DNA of 64,000 bases, from assembly GCA_035636195.1 (NCBI GenBank), contig DASPZP010000034.1, forward strand, positions 715 through 64,714. Direction: 5' to 3'. How positions within the stretch are numbered: the stretch's first letter is position 1; each line of letters opens with the position of its first letter. A model generated the notes under the pieces. The model searched no databases. It saw only the letters and a program-made list of their open reading frames with translations, and had not been told where the DNA came from. A program made the translations under genes and the position numbers. This document shows positions 24,068-33,512 of this stretch, one piece after another. This DNA is from Anaeromyxobacteraceae bacterium (GTDB taxonomy: Bacteria; Myxococcota; Myxococcia; Myxococcales; Anaeromyxobacteraceae).

Positions 24068-27000
24068 TCAGCTCAGCTCCACGCGCAGGACGTCGGGTGC
24101 ATCCGCACGCTGGTGCGCGGCCCACTCTTCCAGCGGGATCGCAGCACCACCGGCGCGGTACGGGTTGTCGACGCGATCGAAGGTCAGGCGCCGCCCGTTG
24201 AGGACGACGACCTGCGGGGAGTACCCGTTCCGGTCGACCTGGTACTCCACCTGCACGCGTCGGCCCAGCACGGACACCTCGGCGCGCAGTCCCCTCAGCT
24301 CGGGCGCGATCACCGGGTCGATCACCACCGCGCTCCCTTCGCGGCGCACGCCCAGCAGGTTGGTCACGACGACCGAAAGGGCAATGCCTGGACCGCTCGA
24401 GTACACCCGCCAGCCGCCATCCAGGGCGACGGTGCCTGCGGCCACCTGCGCGTAGCTCCGCTGGGCCTCGTAGCGATCGCGAAACGCCGCATCGGAGCTG
24501 GAGAAGTAGCAGTTCGCCTGCCGCAGGCTGGCTCGAGGCAAGCGATCGCGGAGCTGGATCGGGTGCGCCAGGGCCAGCGACTGCAACAGCCCGCGGGCAT
24601 CGCCCACGTGCGCCTGCATCTGCGCGTAGCGGAGGTGCGCGTGCATGTACATGACGCCGACCTCGCGCCCGAAGAAGGCGCTGGTCTCGGCGCGCTGGAA
24701 CAGGCGCTCGATCCCTCCGCGGTAGGGCAAGGGGCGATCGAACAGGCGCGCGCCATCGGGAGCCCACAGGTGCTCGCGCATGAGGGCGAGGTGCGCCGCG
24801 GCCTCCTCCGGCGTGCACAGGTCCTCCAGGATGGCGTGCATCATGGGCAACAGGCTGTAACGCACACCCGTCTGACGGTCGCGCGGGTGGAGCAAGGGCT
24901 CGGGCGCAGCGCCCGCGGAGAAGACGACGTAGCCCACCAGGACTCCGTCCACCATCAAGTGCTTGCGAAGATCACGCTGGATGCGCCCGGCCTCCGACTG
25001 CAGCGACGTCGCTCGCGCGGCATGCCCGGCGAACTTCATGGCCCTCGCCAGAGTCGTCCATGTCTGATGGTGCAGGATCACCGTCCAGGCGCTGCACAGC
25101 CTGTCGCGCATGGACGGGTCGGCGGGTTGCAGCGAGTCATTCCAGTCCCCGTGGCCGTATGCCGCCAGCGCGGTCCCGGGCACGCGGCGCCGGCTGATGA
25201 CGTCGAGCGCACGGTCCACGTGCCCCAGGACCGTCGCCGACGATCTCGTGCGACCCGGGGCGCAGTGGAAGGGCACCTGCGCATCGAGCAGGGACGTATC
25301 GCCCGTGCTCAGCACATGGCGCGCCGCGGCGAGCAGCGGCCAGAAGACGATGTCGCCATGCGAGTCCCGCGCCCGCTGCTCCCGCTCGCGCTCGATGAAC
25401 TGAAACCACTGCGGCCAGTCGCCATCCTCGTTCTGTGCGGCGAACACGCGCAGCAGGAGATCGCGCGCGGCTTCGGGGCAGTCCAGCGCGAGCAACATCT
25501 CCAGCGGACCCTGGCACACATCGCGGGTGCCCCAGCCCCCACCGGAATACTGCTCGAGCCCGCGCGGGGTGAGGTAGTGCACCTGCGCGTTGTTCAGCCA
25601 CCACGGGAGCATCTCCGCGAGCCGGCCCACCTCGGCCGGAGCAGCACTCTTCCCGGGTGCGTTCAGCGTGGGCAAGGGCGGGGGCAACGATGCGGAGTGC
25701 ACGTCGGGCAAGAGCCTGCCGAGCAGCTCCAGGCCGAAGGCGGTGCACGCCGCACCTTCCAGGACGAGGAATGGCAGCCCTCGTGTCTTCCCGTCCGTGA
25801 ACAGGCGCCCGTCGCCGTGCACGCCGGCCAGGACGGTGTCACCGAGCGGCGCCACCACGAATGCCCCCTCCGGGAAGCGCGCGTGCAGGTCACTCCCTTC
25901 AGGCACCTCGAGGACGACGTCCTTCCCGTTCATGCGCCACACGATGGGCCGGGAAGCATTGCCGTCGTCGCCGGCCAGCGCGACGTGCAGCGTCGCGAGC
26001 CACGGCACGGGCGGACCGTCGAGGACGCGCGCCCGGAGGCTCAGGGCATGCGCGCCGTCCTGCGCGGCGCTGGTGAGCTCGATGGCGCCGTGGGCGTGTC
26101 GGTAGATCCATCGACAGGAGCCGGGCTGCATCTCGAATGCGGAGGGCACCCCGAGGAGCTGCCATCGGCCGTCCACCTGCACGAAGACCCGCAAGCCGTG
26201 AGAGCGGAACAGCCCCAACCAGCTGTGCGCGGTGGACAGGAAGCGGTTGATGCTGACGTGGCCCTGCGTGACCATGGAGTGGAAGACGCCCGACATCCAC
26301 ACCGTGGACGTCAGCGAGGATTCCTCGGGGACCCGTGCCTGGCCGGTCCGGAGGATGTGGCCGTGCGGTCGCTGCGTCCGCGTCTCCTTGGCGCGCAGCA
26401 CCACGTGGCCGTGCTCGCCGCAGAAGAAGGACAAGAGCCCGGCGCCGTCGCGCTCCTCGTGCCGCCACGAGGATCGGAAGAGTCGCCGCAGCTCCGCCTC
26501 ATCCAGGTCCTGACACTCCAGCAGAGGCGCCATGCTGAAGAGCGTGGAGTCGACGGAACGGCCGCCCCTGCCGGCCCGGCTGGCGGAAGGCCTCTCGAGA
26601 GAACCGGCCCACGACAGCGCCGCGTCCACGGCTGCCAGGTCCTCGGTGGAGGTGGCCCGGGGATGATCGGGTTCCAGGGCGACGAAGAATCCACCGGCCC
26701 AGACGGCACCGGGAGTCAGCGTGACCGCCTCATCCTGAACGGCGGCCATGGCGTGCTCGTGCTGCAGCCGCTGGGTGGGCAGCCCATCTCGCACTCCGGC
26801 GGGCATGCCGCCCAGCCGCTGAGCGAGGCCGAAGAGCTGCAGGCCGTCGGTGGCGAAGCCGGTGGCTCGCCGCAGGGAGCCGACGACCGCCCAGGGGTGC
26901 CGCCCGCCCTGCTCGAGGTTCTGCCGCGCAGCCACCACCCAGCCGCAGCGCGCATGCTCCATGGGGCTGAAGTCGATGTAGTGGCTGACATAGTGCTCGT

Positions 27001-27427
27001 TCAGACGCACCGCGCCAGGGCTCGCGAGCGCGAGGTCCTGGCCGTACAGCAGGTCGACGGCTCGCTCCTGAGACGAGCGGTTCTCGAGCCGTACTTGCCA
27101 GCACCAGGCGGCCTCCTGCTCGCCGAGCACGAGGCGCAGCGCGATGCCCATACCCTGCCACTCGCCACGGCTCTGGAACCCACCGCTGCTGCCCCGGGAC
27201 GCGCGCGCCCGCAACGGGGACTGTGGCCCGAGCAGGGGCACCGCCTCCACGCCGTTGGCGCGGTGCAACCGCAACCAGACATTGGTGGGCCCCGGCTCCA
27301 TGCCATTGCCCATGAAGAGGTTGACCACATCGTCCCGGAACTGGATACGCCGCACACCGCCGTCAGGGTTGAGCTGCAGGCTCAGGCCCGCCGCATTGAC
27401 CAGTTGCGTGGGGGCGCCCCTCATCAT
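24068..27427 (-). CDS. Large GH94-family glycoside phosphorylase (cellobiose / beta-1,2-oligoglucan phosphorylase-like)
   Basis: 1119 aa with an (alpha/alpha)6 catalytic region containing YGHGDWNDSL (GH94 DWND motif). The size resembles the long beta-1,2-oligoglucan phosphorylases. ATGA overlap with the upstream gene. Confidence 0.8.
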   Translation of the reverse strand: MMRGAPTQLVNAAGLSLQLNPDGGVRRIQFRDDVVNLFMGNGMEPGPTNVWLRLHRANGVEAVPLLGPQSPLRARASRGSSGGFQSRGEWQGMGIALRLVLGEQEAAWCWQVRLENRSSQERAVDLLYGQDLALASPGAVRLNEHYVSHYIDFSPMEHARCGWVVAARQNLEQGGRHPWAVVGSLRRATGFATDGLQLFGLAQRLGGMPAGVRDGLPTQRLQHEHAMAAVQDEAVTLTPGAVWAGGFFVALEPDHPRATSTEDLAAVDAALSWAGSLERPSASRAGRGGRSVDSTLFSMAPLLECQDLDEAELRRLFRSSWRHEERDGAGLLSFFCGEHGHVVLRAKETRTQRPHGHILRTGQARVPEESSLTSTVWMSGVFHSMVTQGHVSINRFLSTAHSWLGLFRSHGLRVFVQVDGRWQLLGVPSAFEMQPGSCRWIYRHAHGAIELTSAAQDGAHALSLRARVLDGPPVPWLATLHVALAGDDGNASRPIVWRMNGKDVVLEVPEGSDLHARFPEGAFVVAPLGDTVLAGVHGDGRLFTDGKTRGLPFLVLEGAACTAFGLELLGRLLPDVHSASLPPPLPTLNAPGKSAAPAEVGRLAEMLPWWLNNAQVHYLTPRGLEQYSGGGWGTRDVCQGPLEMLLALDCPEAARDLLLRVFAAQNEDGDWPQWFQFIEREREQRARDSHGDIVFWPLLAAARHVLSTGDTSLLDAQVPFHCAPGRTRSSATVLGHVDRALDVISRRRVPGTALAAYGHGDWNDSLQPADPSMRDRLCSAWTVILHHQTWTTLARAMKFAGHAARATSLQSEAGRIQRDLRKHLMVDGVLVGYVVFSAGAAPEPLLHPRDRQTGVRYSLLPMMHAILEDLCTPEEAAAHLALMREHLWAPDGARLFDRPLPYRGGIERLFQRAETSAFFGREVGVMYMHAHLRYAQMQAHVGDARGLLQSLALAHPIQLRDRLPRASLRQANCYFSSSDAAFRDRYEAQRSYAQVAAGTVALDGGWRVYSSGPGIALSVVVTNLLGVRREGSAVVIDPVIAPELRGLRAEVSVLGRRVQVEYQVDRNGYSPQVVVLNGRRLTFDRVDNPYRAGGAAIPLEEWAAHQRADAPDVLRVELS

Positions 27428-30400
27428 GGAAGCAGGAGGATCGTTGCGGGCCCGGTCGGCAGGACGAGCTCACGGCCCACCCAGCCGAGCTCGCGGCCCT
27501 GGTGCTGGGCACGCGGCAGCGGCCCCGGCAATGGCCAGGCGAGGCGCACCCCGCCCGCGGGCGGCACCACGCCCCCGGCCAACTCCAGGACGTGGCCCCC
27601 CGCGACGGTCGAGAGGCGGTAGGTCAGCGGACCATGAGGCGTGGACAGGTTCTTCACGGCGACTCCGGCAGCCGCCCATTCCTCGCTCAGGCCTGCGCCC
27701 AGGACCAGCACGTCGTCGTCCTCGCGCTCGTAGGCGAACATGTCGAGCACCGAGCGGAGGTAGTCGGAGGCCACCCAGGCGTGCGGCATGTCCCCGAGGA
27801 AGTGCGGTTCCCGCGCGTCGGCCATCACGACCTCGGCCCACTGGTTCCATCCGTCCGGCCGGCGGAAGCGCAGGAACCACTGCAGCATCCCGTTCGCCCG
27901 CCGCGGCCTTCCGAGCCGCACCAGCGCACCCACCGTGCGCAGCTCGTAGGGTGTGTAGTCCTTCCATGGGCGCGCGCCAGAGCGGCGCTGCTCCCCGTCC
28001 TCCCAGTACCGGTCGAAGGTGCGCTGCAGGAGCAGCGGTGGGAGCCGCGCCTGGGCGGGATTGAGCGCCGCGGTCGTCGAGGTGGGGTCGAAATCGCCGC
28101 GGTCGGCGGCGCCCGCGACGGTGTCCATGCCGAACCGCGCCGCGGTGGCCTCGACGGAACGCGCCAGATCGTCCTGAAGCTCGTCCCGCCACTGCGCCCA
28201 CTCCGCCGCCAGCTGCAGTTGGCCCAGCGCCCGCGCGATGTGGACCGCGTCCTTGTATCCGCGCACCGCCCAGAAGTCGTCCCAGTAGGAGTAGGCGGGC
28301 TTGTCCGAGTAGCCCTCATGGCTGATGGAGGGGGGCAAGAGGCCCCGGAGGTTGGCCGGCTGCGCGGCCCTGAACTCCTCGGTGCGGGTGCTCCTCCGCA
28401 GGCTCTCGAGGTGCGTCACGACGCGCTGCACGACGGCCCAGTGGCGCGCGAGGAAGGCCGCATCCCCGGAATGCTGCCAGACCTCGGCCACGGCATGCAG
28501 GTACTGCCCGTGGCTGTCGTTCTCGGCCACCGGGTCGGCGCCGCGGGCGTCCACGCAGCACGGCACCTTCCCCGAGAGGAACACGTACGGGCCGAACCAG
28601 TCCACGAAGTCGCGCGCGACGTCGACCTCGCCCATGCGGACCAGGCCGGCCACCATCATCGCGCCGTCGCGAATCCACGAGCGCGCATAGGAGCGGGTGC
28701 CGGGCTCGAGCGCGGCACCGTCGCGCGACATGAGGATCTGCGCCAATGTCGTCCGCAGCGTGTCGGACACCTGCTGCGACGACGCGGGCAAGGTGAGCTG
28801 CATCCGGTTCAGGCGCGCGCGCCAGCCTTCGGCCACGCGATCGAGGCGCGCGTCGACCGTCTTCGGAGTATGAGGGGGCTGCGGCTTCATCGCGGCCCCC
28901 TCATGTGAGGCTGAGCCGGAAATGAGCGGCGCGGTCCAGGTCACCACGCGCGTCTCGCCTGGCGAGAGCCTCAGCTCCCATTGCAGCAGGGCCGAGGCCT
29001 GGCCCTGCGCATCCGAGAGCTCTCGCAGGGCCGCGGCATCGAGCAAGGCGTGCAGGTCGACCCCCCCGGCCCCGGGCAGCGCGGTGACGCGGCTCGGCAC
29101 CTCGTCGAAGCATGGCCCCACGGCGCCGTTCACGGAGAGCCGAGGCGTCTGCCACTGCAGGCGCTCGATGCGGCGTGCACCTCCGGGCGTGTTGAGGAAC
29201 TGCTGCGGGGGGTTCACCTGCCAGGGACGAACGGCCAGCAGGAGCGTGAAGGCGCGTGCCGCGCTGCCCGTGTTCGTCAGCGCGTACCGCACCAGAGCTT
29301 GCGGCGCCCCCGCCTGCCCTTCGGCCGCTGCCGCGACGTGGAGCGCAAACCCGTCGTGCCGCCAGCGCACCTCCGGCATGGGCAGGTAGCCGTCCCGAAG
29401 GGAGTGGCCGATCTGCACATCGGCCCAGGTCACGAGCTGCCCCCCATCCGTCAGGACGGCGGGCTCCACGCTGAAGCCCCCGCGCCCGAGCTCCAGCGCC
29501 CCATCCTCGCTCAGCAGCGCCGAGCGCTCGCCACCCCCATCCACGCCCACCAGCGTCCAGTAGTTCTGCTCGCCGAGGAACGCGCGCGGGACGTGTCCGC
29601 GCGGCGCGTGCCGGGCGAGCTCGGACAGGGCTGCATTGAGGTCGGGCCACTGCTTGCTGTCGCGCAGCTCCGCCCGAGGCGCCGCTCGCGACTCCCGCAG
29701 GCGGATCCTCAGGTGACGGGCCTCGCTCTCCGGGAGGAAGAGCGCCTCGAACCCGCCCGAGCTCCGCTGCACCCGCCGCAAGAGCCTCCAGCGCTGGGCG
29801 TCCTCCGAGGCGAGCACGTCGTAGCTCTCCGGCCGCGCTGGCCCGGGCCACTGCAACGTGAGCCCGTTGAACTCGCGCGGGCGGCGATAGTCGAGATCGA
29901 GCGTCCCCGCCTGCCTGCGCACCAGCGGCTCCGGCCAGACCGCAGGGTCGGCTTCGCGCTCCTGCACGCGCACGCGCGACACGCACAGCGCCCCCTTGCC
30001 CCCCTGGCGCCGTGCCACGACGAGCTCCAGGGTCTCGGTGCGCTCCAGCGTGCGATCCGGGGTGGGCCCCCAGGCGAAGCTGAAATGTCGGCTCCGGAAG
30101 GTGACGTCGGTCAGGGAGCGCGGCAGCGGGAAGCCCGGCCGGTTCACCCACCAGACGTTGTCGCCGCTCGCGTCCACCAGCTTGACCTGGAGGTCGTTGA
30201 CGGAGCCGCGCCCCTTCAGGCGCAGCTGCAGGGCGAAGGCGGCGGGCCATTGCACGGGGAGGACATGCCTCAGGACCGCATAGCCCGACACCGAATGGAA
30301 GTCGTACTCCAGGCAGACGCTGCCGTCGGCGTCCCGCCGCAGGACAGCGCCGACCTGCTCGGACGCCTGGGCCTGCCAGGCGCCCATGTCGCGAAGATCC

Positions 30401-30474
30401 AGGACCACGCGCCCGCTCGGCGCAGCCTGCGCGCGGCCCGCCAGCGCAGCCAGGAGCAGGGCGATCCCCTTCAT
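27424..30474 (-). CDS. Secreted multidomain putative glycoside hydrolase (CBM-like + discoidin/F5-8 type C + GH15-like alpha/alpha barrel)
   Basis: Signal peptide MKGIALLLAALAGRAQA. N-terminal beta-sandwich regions (FNGLTLQWPG...ARHLRIRL is discoidin-like). C-terminal SYARSWIRDGAMMVAGL and HGQYLHAV resemble glucoamylase-type barrels. Start 30474 forms an ATGA overlap with the permease stop. Confidence 0.7.
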   Translation of the reverse strand: MKGIALLLAALAGRAQAAPSGRVVLDLRDMGAWQAQASEQVGAVLRRDADGSVCLEYDFHSVSGYAVLRHVLPVQWPAAFALQLRLKGRGSVNDLQVKLVDASGDNVWWVNRPGFPLPRSLTDVTFRSRHFSFAWGPTPDRTLERTETLELVVARRQGGKGALCVSRVRVQEREADPAVWPEPLVRRQAGTLDLDYRRPREFNGLTLQWPGPARPESYDVLASEDAQRWRLLRRVQRSSGGFEALFLPESEARHLRIRLRESRAAPRAELRDSKQWPDLNAALSELARHAPRGHVPRAFLGEQNYWTLVGVDGGGERSALLSEDGALELGRGGFSVEPAVLTDGGQLVTWADVQIGHSLRDGYLPMPEVRWRHDGFALHVAAAAEGQAGAPQALVRYALTNTGSAARAFTLLLAVRPWQVNPPQQFLNTPGGARRIERLQWQTPRLSVNGAVGPCFDEVPSRVTALPGAGGVDLHALLDAAALRELSDAQGQASALLQWELRLSPGETRVVTWTAPLISGSASHEGAAMKPQPPHTPKTVDARLDRVAEGWRARLNRMQLTLPASSQQVSDTLRTTLAQILMSRDGAALEPGTRSYARSWIRDGAMMVAGLVRMGEVDVARDFVDWFGPYVFLSGKVPCCVDARGADPVAENDSHGQYLHAVAEVWQHSGDAAFLARHWAVVQRVVTHLESLRRSTRTEEFRAAQPANLRGLLPPSISHEGYSDKPAYSYWDDFWAVRGYKDAVHIARALGQLQLAAEWAQWRDELQDDLARSVEATAARFGMDTVAGAADRGDFDPTSTTAALNPAQARLPPLLLQRTFDRYWEDGEQRRSGARPWKDYTPYELRTVGALVRLGRPRRANGMLQWFLRFRRPDGWNQWAEVVMADAREPHFLGDMPHAWVASDYLRSVLDMFAYEREDDDVLVLGAGLSEEWAAAGVAVKNLSTPHGPLTYRLSTVAGGHVLELAGGVVPPAGGVRLAWPLPGPLPRAQHQGRELGWVGRELVLPTGPATILLLP

Positions 30475-31292
30475 CCCTTCACGCTCCCCACCAGCAGGCC
30501 CTGCATGTAGTAACGCTGCAGGGCCAGGAAGAGCAGCAACACCGGCAGCACCGTGATCACGGCCCCGGCCATCATCAGCTCCACGTCCTGCACGTGCTCG
30601 CGCGAGAGCGCGGCCAGGGCGACCGGAAGCGTCTGCACGTCGTGGTCGGTGAGCACGATGAGGGGCCACATGAAGTCGTTCCACGAGCCGAGGAAGGTGA
30701 GCACCGCCAGCGTCACGACGATGGGCTTGAGCAGTGGCAGCACCACCGAGGCGAAGATGCGCAGCTCGCCCGCGCCGTCGATACGCGCCGCCTCGAGGAG
30801 CTCGTCGGGGATCGTCAGCGCGTACTGCCGCACCAGGTAGATGCCGAAGACGCTCGCCAGCCAAGGTACGAGCGCGCCGGCATAGCTGTTCACCAGCCCC
30901 AGCTCCTTGAGCATCAGGAAGAGAGGCATCATGGTCACCTGCGCGGGGATGACCAGCGCTCCCAGCAGCAGGCGAAAGATGCGCTCGCGCCCGGCGAACC
31001 GCAGCTTGGCGAACGCGTAGCCCGCGCTCAGGTTGAATGCCAAGGACAGCCCGGTGGCGAGCAGCGAGATGAGCAGGCTGTTGGCGGCCTGCCGGACGAT
31101 GCCGTGCTCCGCGAACAGGAGCCGATAGTTCGCGAGCGTCGCGGCGCGCGGCAGCATGGGCGGCGGGTAGGTGCTGGCCTCGCCAGGCGCCATGAGCGAC
31201 GCGCACACCATCCAGACCAGCGGAAAGAGGGTGAGCCCGGCGGCGAGCGCCAGCGCCAGATTGACCGACAGGAAAGCGATCGGACGCCTCAT
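30471..31292 (-). CDS. Carbohydrate ABC transporter permease (MalG-like)
   Basis: 6 TM with EAA loop DELLEAARIDGAGELRIF. ATGA overlaps at both ends. Confidence 0.9.
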   Translation of the reverse strand: MRRPIAFLSVNLALALAAGLTLFPLVWMVCASLMAPGEASTYPPPMLPRAATLANYRLLFAEHGIVRQAANSLLISLLATGLSLAFNLSAGYAFAKLRFAGRERIFRLLLGALVIPAQVTMMPLFLMLKELGLVNSYAGALVPWLASVFGIYLVRQYALTIPDELLEAARIDGAGELRIFASVVLPLLKPIVVTLAVLTFLGSWNDFMWPLIVLTDHDVQTLPVALAALSREHVQDVELMMAGAVITVLPVLLLFLALQRYYMQGLLVGSVKG

Positions 31293-32167
31293 GACGACCC
31301 CGCACGCCGGGTGACGCGCGCCTGCAACAGCGTGAACCCCAGCATGAACACGAAGAGCACGAACGCCACCGCGGACGCCGAGCCCAGGCTCCACCACTTG
31401 AAGCCATCTTCGTACATCAGGTACAGCACCGTGACCGTGCGCTCGGCCGGTCCGCCCTGCGTCATCACGTAGGGCTCGGCGAAGATCTGGAAGTGGCCCG
31501 CCATGGTGAGGACGCTCACCATCAGCAGCATGGGCGCCAGCGCAGGCACCGTGATGTGCCGGAACAGCGCGCCCGCCCCAGCGCCATCCAGCCGCGCGGC
31601 CTCGTACTGATCGCCCGGGATCGCCTGCAGGCCCGCCAGCAGGATGATCATGTTGTAGCCGAAGTTCTTCCACACCGAGAGCAGCACGATGGCCGGCATC
31701 GCCCAGCGCGGATCACCCAGCCAATCCACCGGACGCAGGCCCAGCCACGCCAGGCCGTAATTGAGCAGGCCGTAGCGGGTGTGCAGCAGGAAGACCCACA
31801 CCACCGCCACCGCCGCGAGCGTGGTGACCACCGGCGCGAACAGCGCGGTGCGGTAGAAGCCCTGGAAGCGTGCCAGGCGGGAGTGGAGCAGCAGCGCCGC
31901 TCCCAGTGAGGCGGCGATGGACAGCGGGACGCCGATCACCACGAAGAACAGGGTGTTGAGCAGCGCTCGCCAGAACAGCGGCCGCTGCAGCAGCTGGAGG
32001 TAGTTATCGAGCCCGATGAAGCGCACGTTGCGCAGGTCGGCCAGCCCGTAGATGTCGAAGTCGGTGGCGCTCATGAGCAGGGCGGCCGAGACCGGCACCA
32101 CGAAGAATACGGCAATCGCCAGCAGGGCCGGCGCGACGAACAGCCAGCCGGCGCGCGACGGCTTCAT
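31289..32167 (-). CDS. Carbohydrate ABC transporter permease (MalF-like)
   Basis: 6 TM with EAA loop YEAARLDGAGAGALFRHITVP. ATGA overlaps at both ends. Confidence 0.9.
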   Translation of the reverse strand: MKPSRAGWLFVAPALLAIAVFFVVPVSAALLMSATDFDIYGLADLRNVRFIGLDNYLQLLQRPLFWRALLNTLFFVVIGVPLSIAASLGAALLLHSRLARFQGFYRTALFAPVVTTLAAVAVVWVFLLHTRYGLLNYGLAWLGLRPVDWLGDPRWAMPAIVLLSVWKNFGYNMIILLAGLQAIPGDQYEAARLDGAGAGALFRHITVPALAPMLLMVSVLTMAGHFQIFAEPYVMTQGGPAERTVTVLYLMYEDGFKWWSLGSASAVAFVLFVFMLGFTLLQARVTRRAGSS

Positions 32168-33453
32168 CCATGCGCCCTTCGGTCGAGCATCCAGCGGCGC
32201 TTCTCGAGGATGCGGTCCGCTCGCGCGTCGAGCTCCTCCGGCACGCCCTTCGCGGTGACATCGCCGCGCACCACCTTCTCCATCATCAGCCTCAGCTCGG
32301 TGGCGATGCGCTCCCACTCCGGCACCTGCGGCACCGGGCGCACGCGTTCCAGCTGGTCACGGAAGGCCCGCGCATGCGGATCCTGCGCCAGGCCCGCGTC
32401 GGCCCAGGCGGACCGCCGTGCTGGCAGGTTGCCGGTGAGGCGGTAGAATTGCTGCTGCACCTGCGGGCGAGAGAGGAACTCCACCAGCTTCCAGGCCGCG
32501 GCCTTGCGCGGGGAACGCCGGAAGATCGCCAGGCTCGACCCGCCGGCGATGGATGCGCCGGGGCCCGTGGGGCCAGGGAGGGGCGCCGTCATCCAGGCCG
32601 ACTGGAGCCCGGGAGGCAGCCGCCTCTTGAACTCGCCGATCTGCCACGGCCCGGAGATGTAGAAGCTGAAGTAGCCGCGGGCAAACTCGTTCCAGACGTT
32701 GGCGATCTCGTTGTGCGCGATCGGTGGCGCCAGGCGCCGCTCGTACATCGCCAGGTAGAACTGCAGGGTGCGCGCGAAGCCCTGGCTACGGAAGTTTCCC
32801 CGGCGGCCGCCGTCACGCAGCAGCGGCTCGCCCTGTTGCAGCCAGAGCGCCACCATCGGCTCGTACTCGTTCAGCGGCAGCAGCAGCGCGTAACGCTCGG
32901 GCCCCACGCGCTGCTTGATGGCACCGAGCATGCGCATCCATTCGTCCCATTCGCGCGGCGGTGCGGCGTAGCCCGCCTGAGCGAGCAGGTCACGCCGGTA
33001 GAAGAGCACCCGGGTGTCCACGTACCAGGGCACGCCGTATTGCCGCCCCTCCACCAGGTTGGTGTCCACGATGCCGGCGTCGTAGTCGGCGAGATCGACC
33101 TGCCGCGACCCGCGAATCCTCGGGTCCAGGGGCTCCAGCGCGTCCACCGCGACGAATTCGGGGAGCCAGGTGTTGCCCATCTGGGCGAGGTCCGGCGTGG
33201 CATTCCCGGCAAACGCGGTGAGCAGCTTCTCGTGGGCCGCGCTCCAGGGCAGCTGCTCCACCCGGACGCGCAGGCCGCTCTCGCGCTCGAACGCCTTCAG
33301 CAGCTGCGTCGCCACCTCGCCCTCGCGCCCCATGGCCCAGAAGCGCAGCAGGCGGTCATCCTGGCGCACGCAGGCGGTGGCACACAGGCCGGCGATCGCG
33401 CGGAGGAACCCGCGGCGTGACCAGGAGGGCGTATCGCTCGCTGCGCTGCTCAT
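32164..33453 (-). CDS. Extracellular sugar-binding protein of an ABC transporter (family 1 SBP, Tat-type signal)
   Basis: SRRGFLRAIAGLCATACV twin-arginine signal followed by a typical sugar-SBP sequence (PDLAQMGNTWLPEF...). First gene of the operon. Confidence 0.9.
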   Translation of the reverse strand: MSSAASDTPSWSRRGFLRAIAGLCATACVRQDDRLLRFWAMGREGEVATQLLKAFERESGLRVRVEQLPWSAAHEKLLTAFAGNATPDLAQMGNTWLPEFVAVDALEPLDPRIRGSRQVDLADYDAGIVDTNLVEGRQYGVPWYVDTRVLFYRRDLLAQAGYAAPPREWDEWMRMLGAIKQRVGPERYALLLPLNEYEPMVALWLQQGEPLLRDGGRRGNFRSQGFARTLQFYLAMYERRLAPPIAHNEIANVWNEFARGYFSFYISGPWQIGEFKRRLPPGLQSAWMTAPLPGPTGPGASIAGGSSLAIFRRSPRKAAAWKLVEFLSRPQVQQQFYRLTGNLPARRSAWADAGLAQDPHARAFRDQLERVRPVPQVPEWERIATELRLMMEKVVRGDVTAKGVPEELDARADRILEKRRWMLDRRAHG

Positions 33454-33512
33454 ACCCGGAGGAAGTGTGGATTCAGTCGTCCTACCCGACGAGGGCACGT
33501 CGGGCCACGCGA

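Noticed and set aside
23966-27622. 1218-aa plus-strand ORF over the GH94 gene, and similar ORFs at 27502-28908 and 28981-30510
   Set aside because: The opposite strand encodes GH94 and the secreted hydrolase, with recognisable motifs and ATGA coupling. The plus-strand products are low-complexity.
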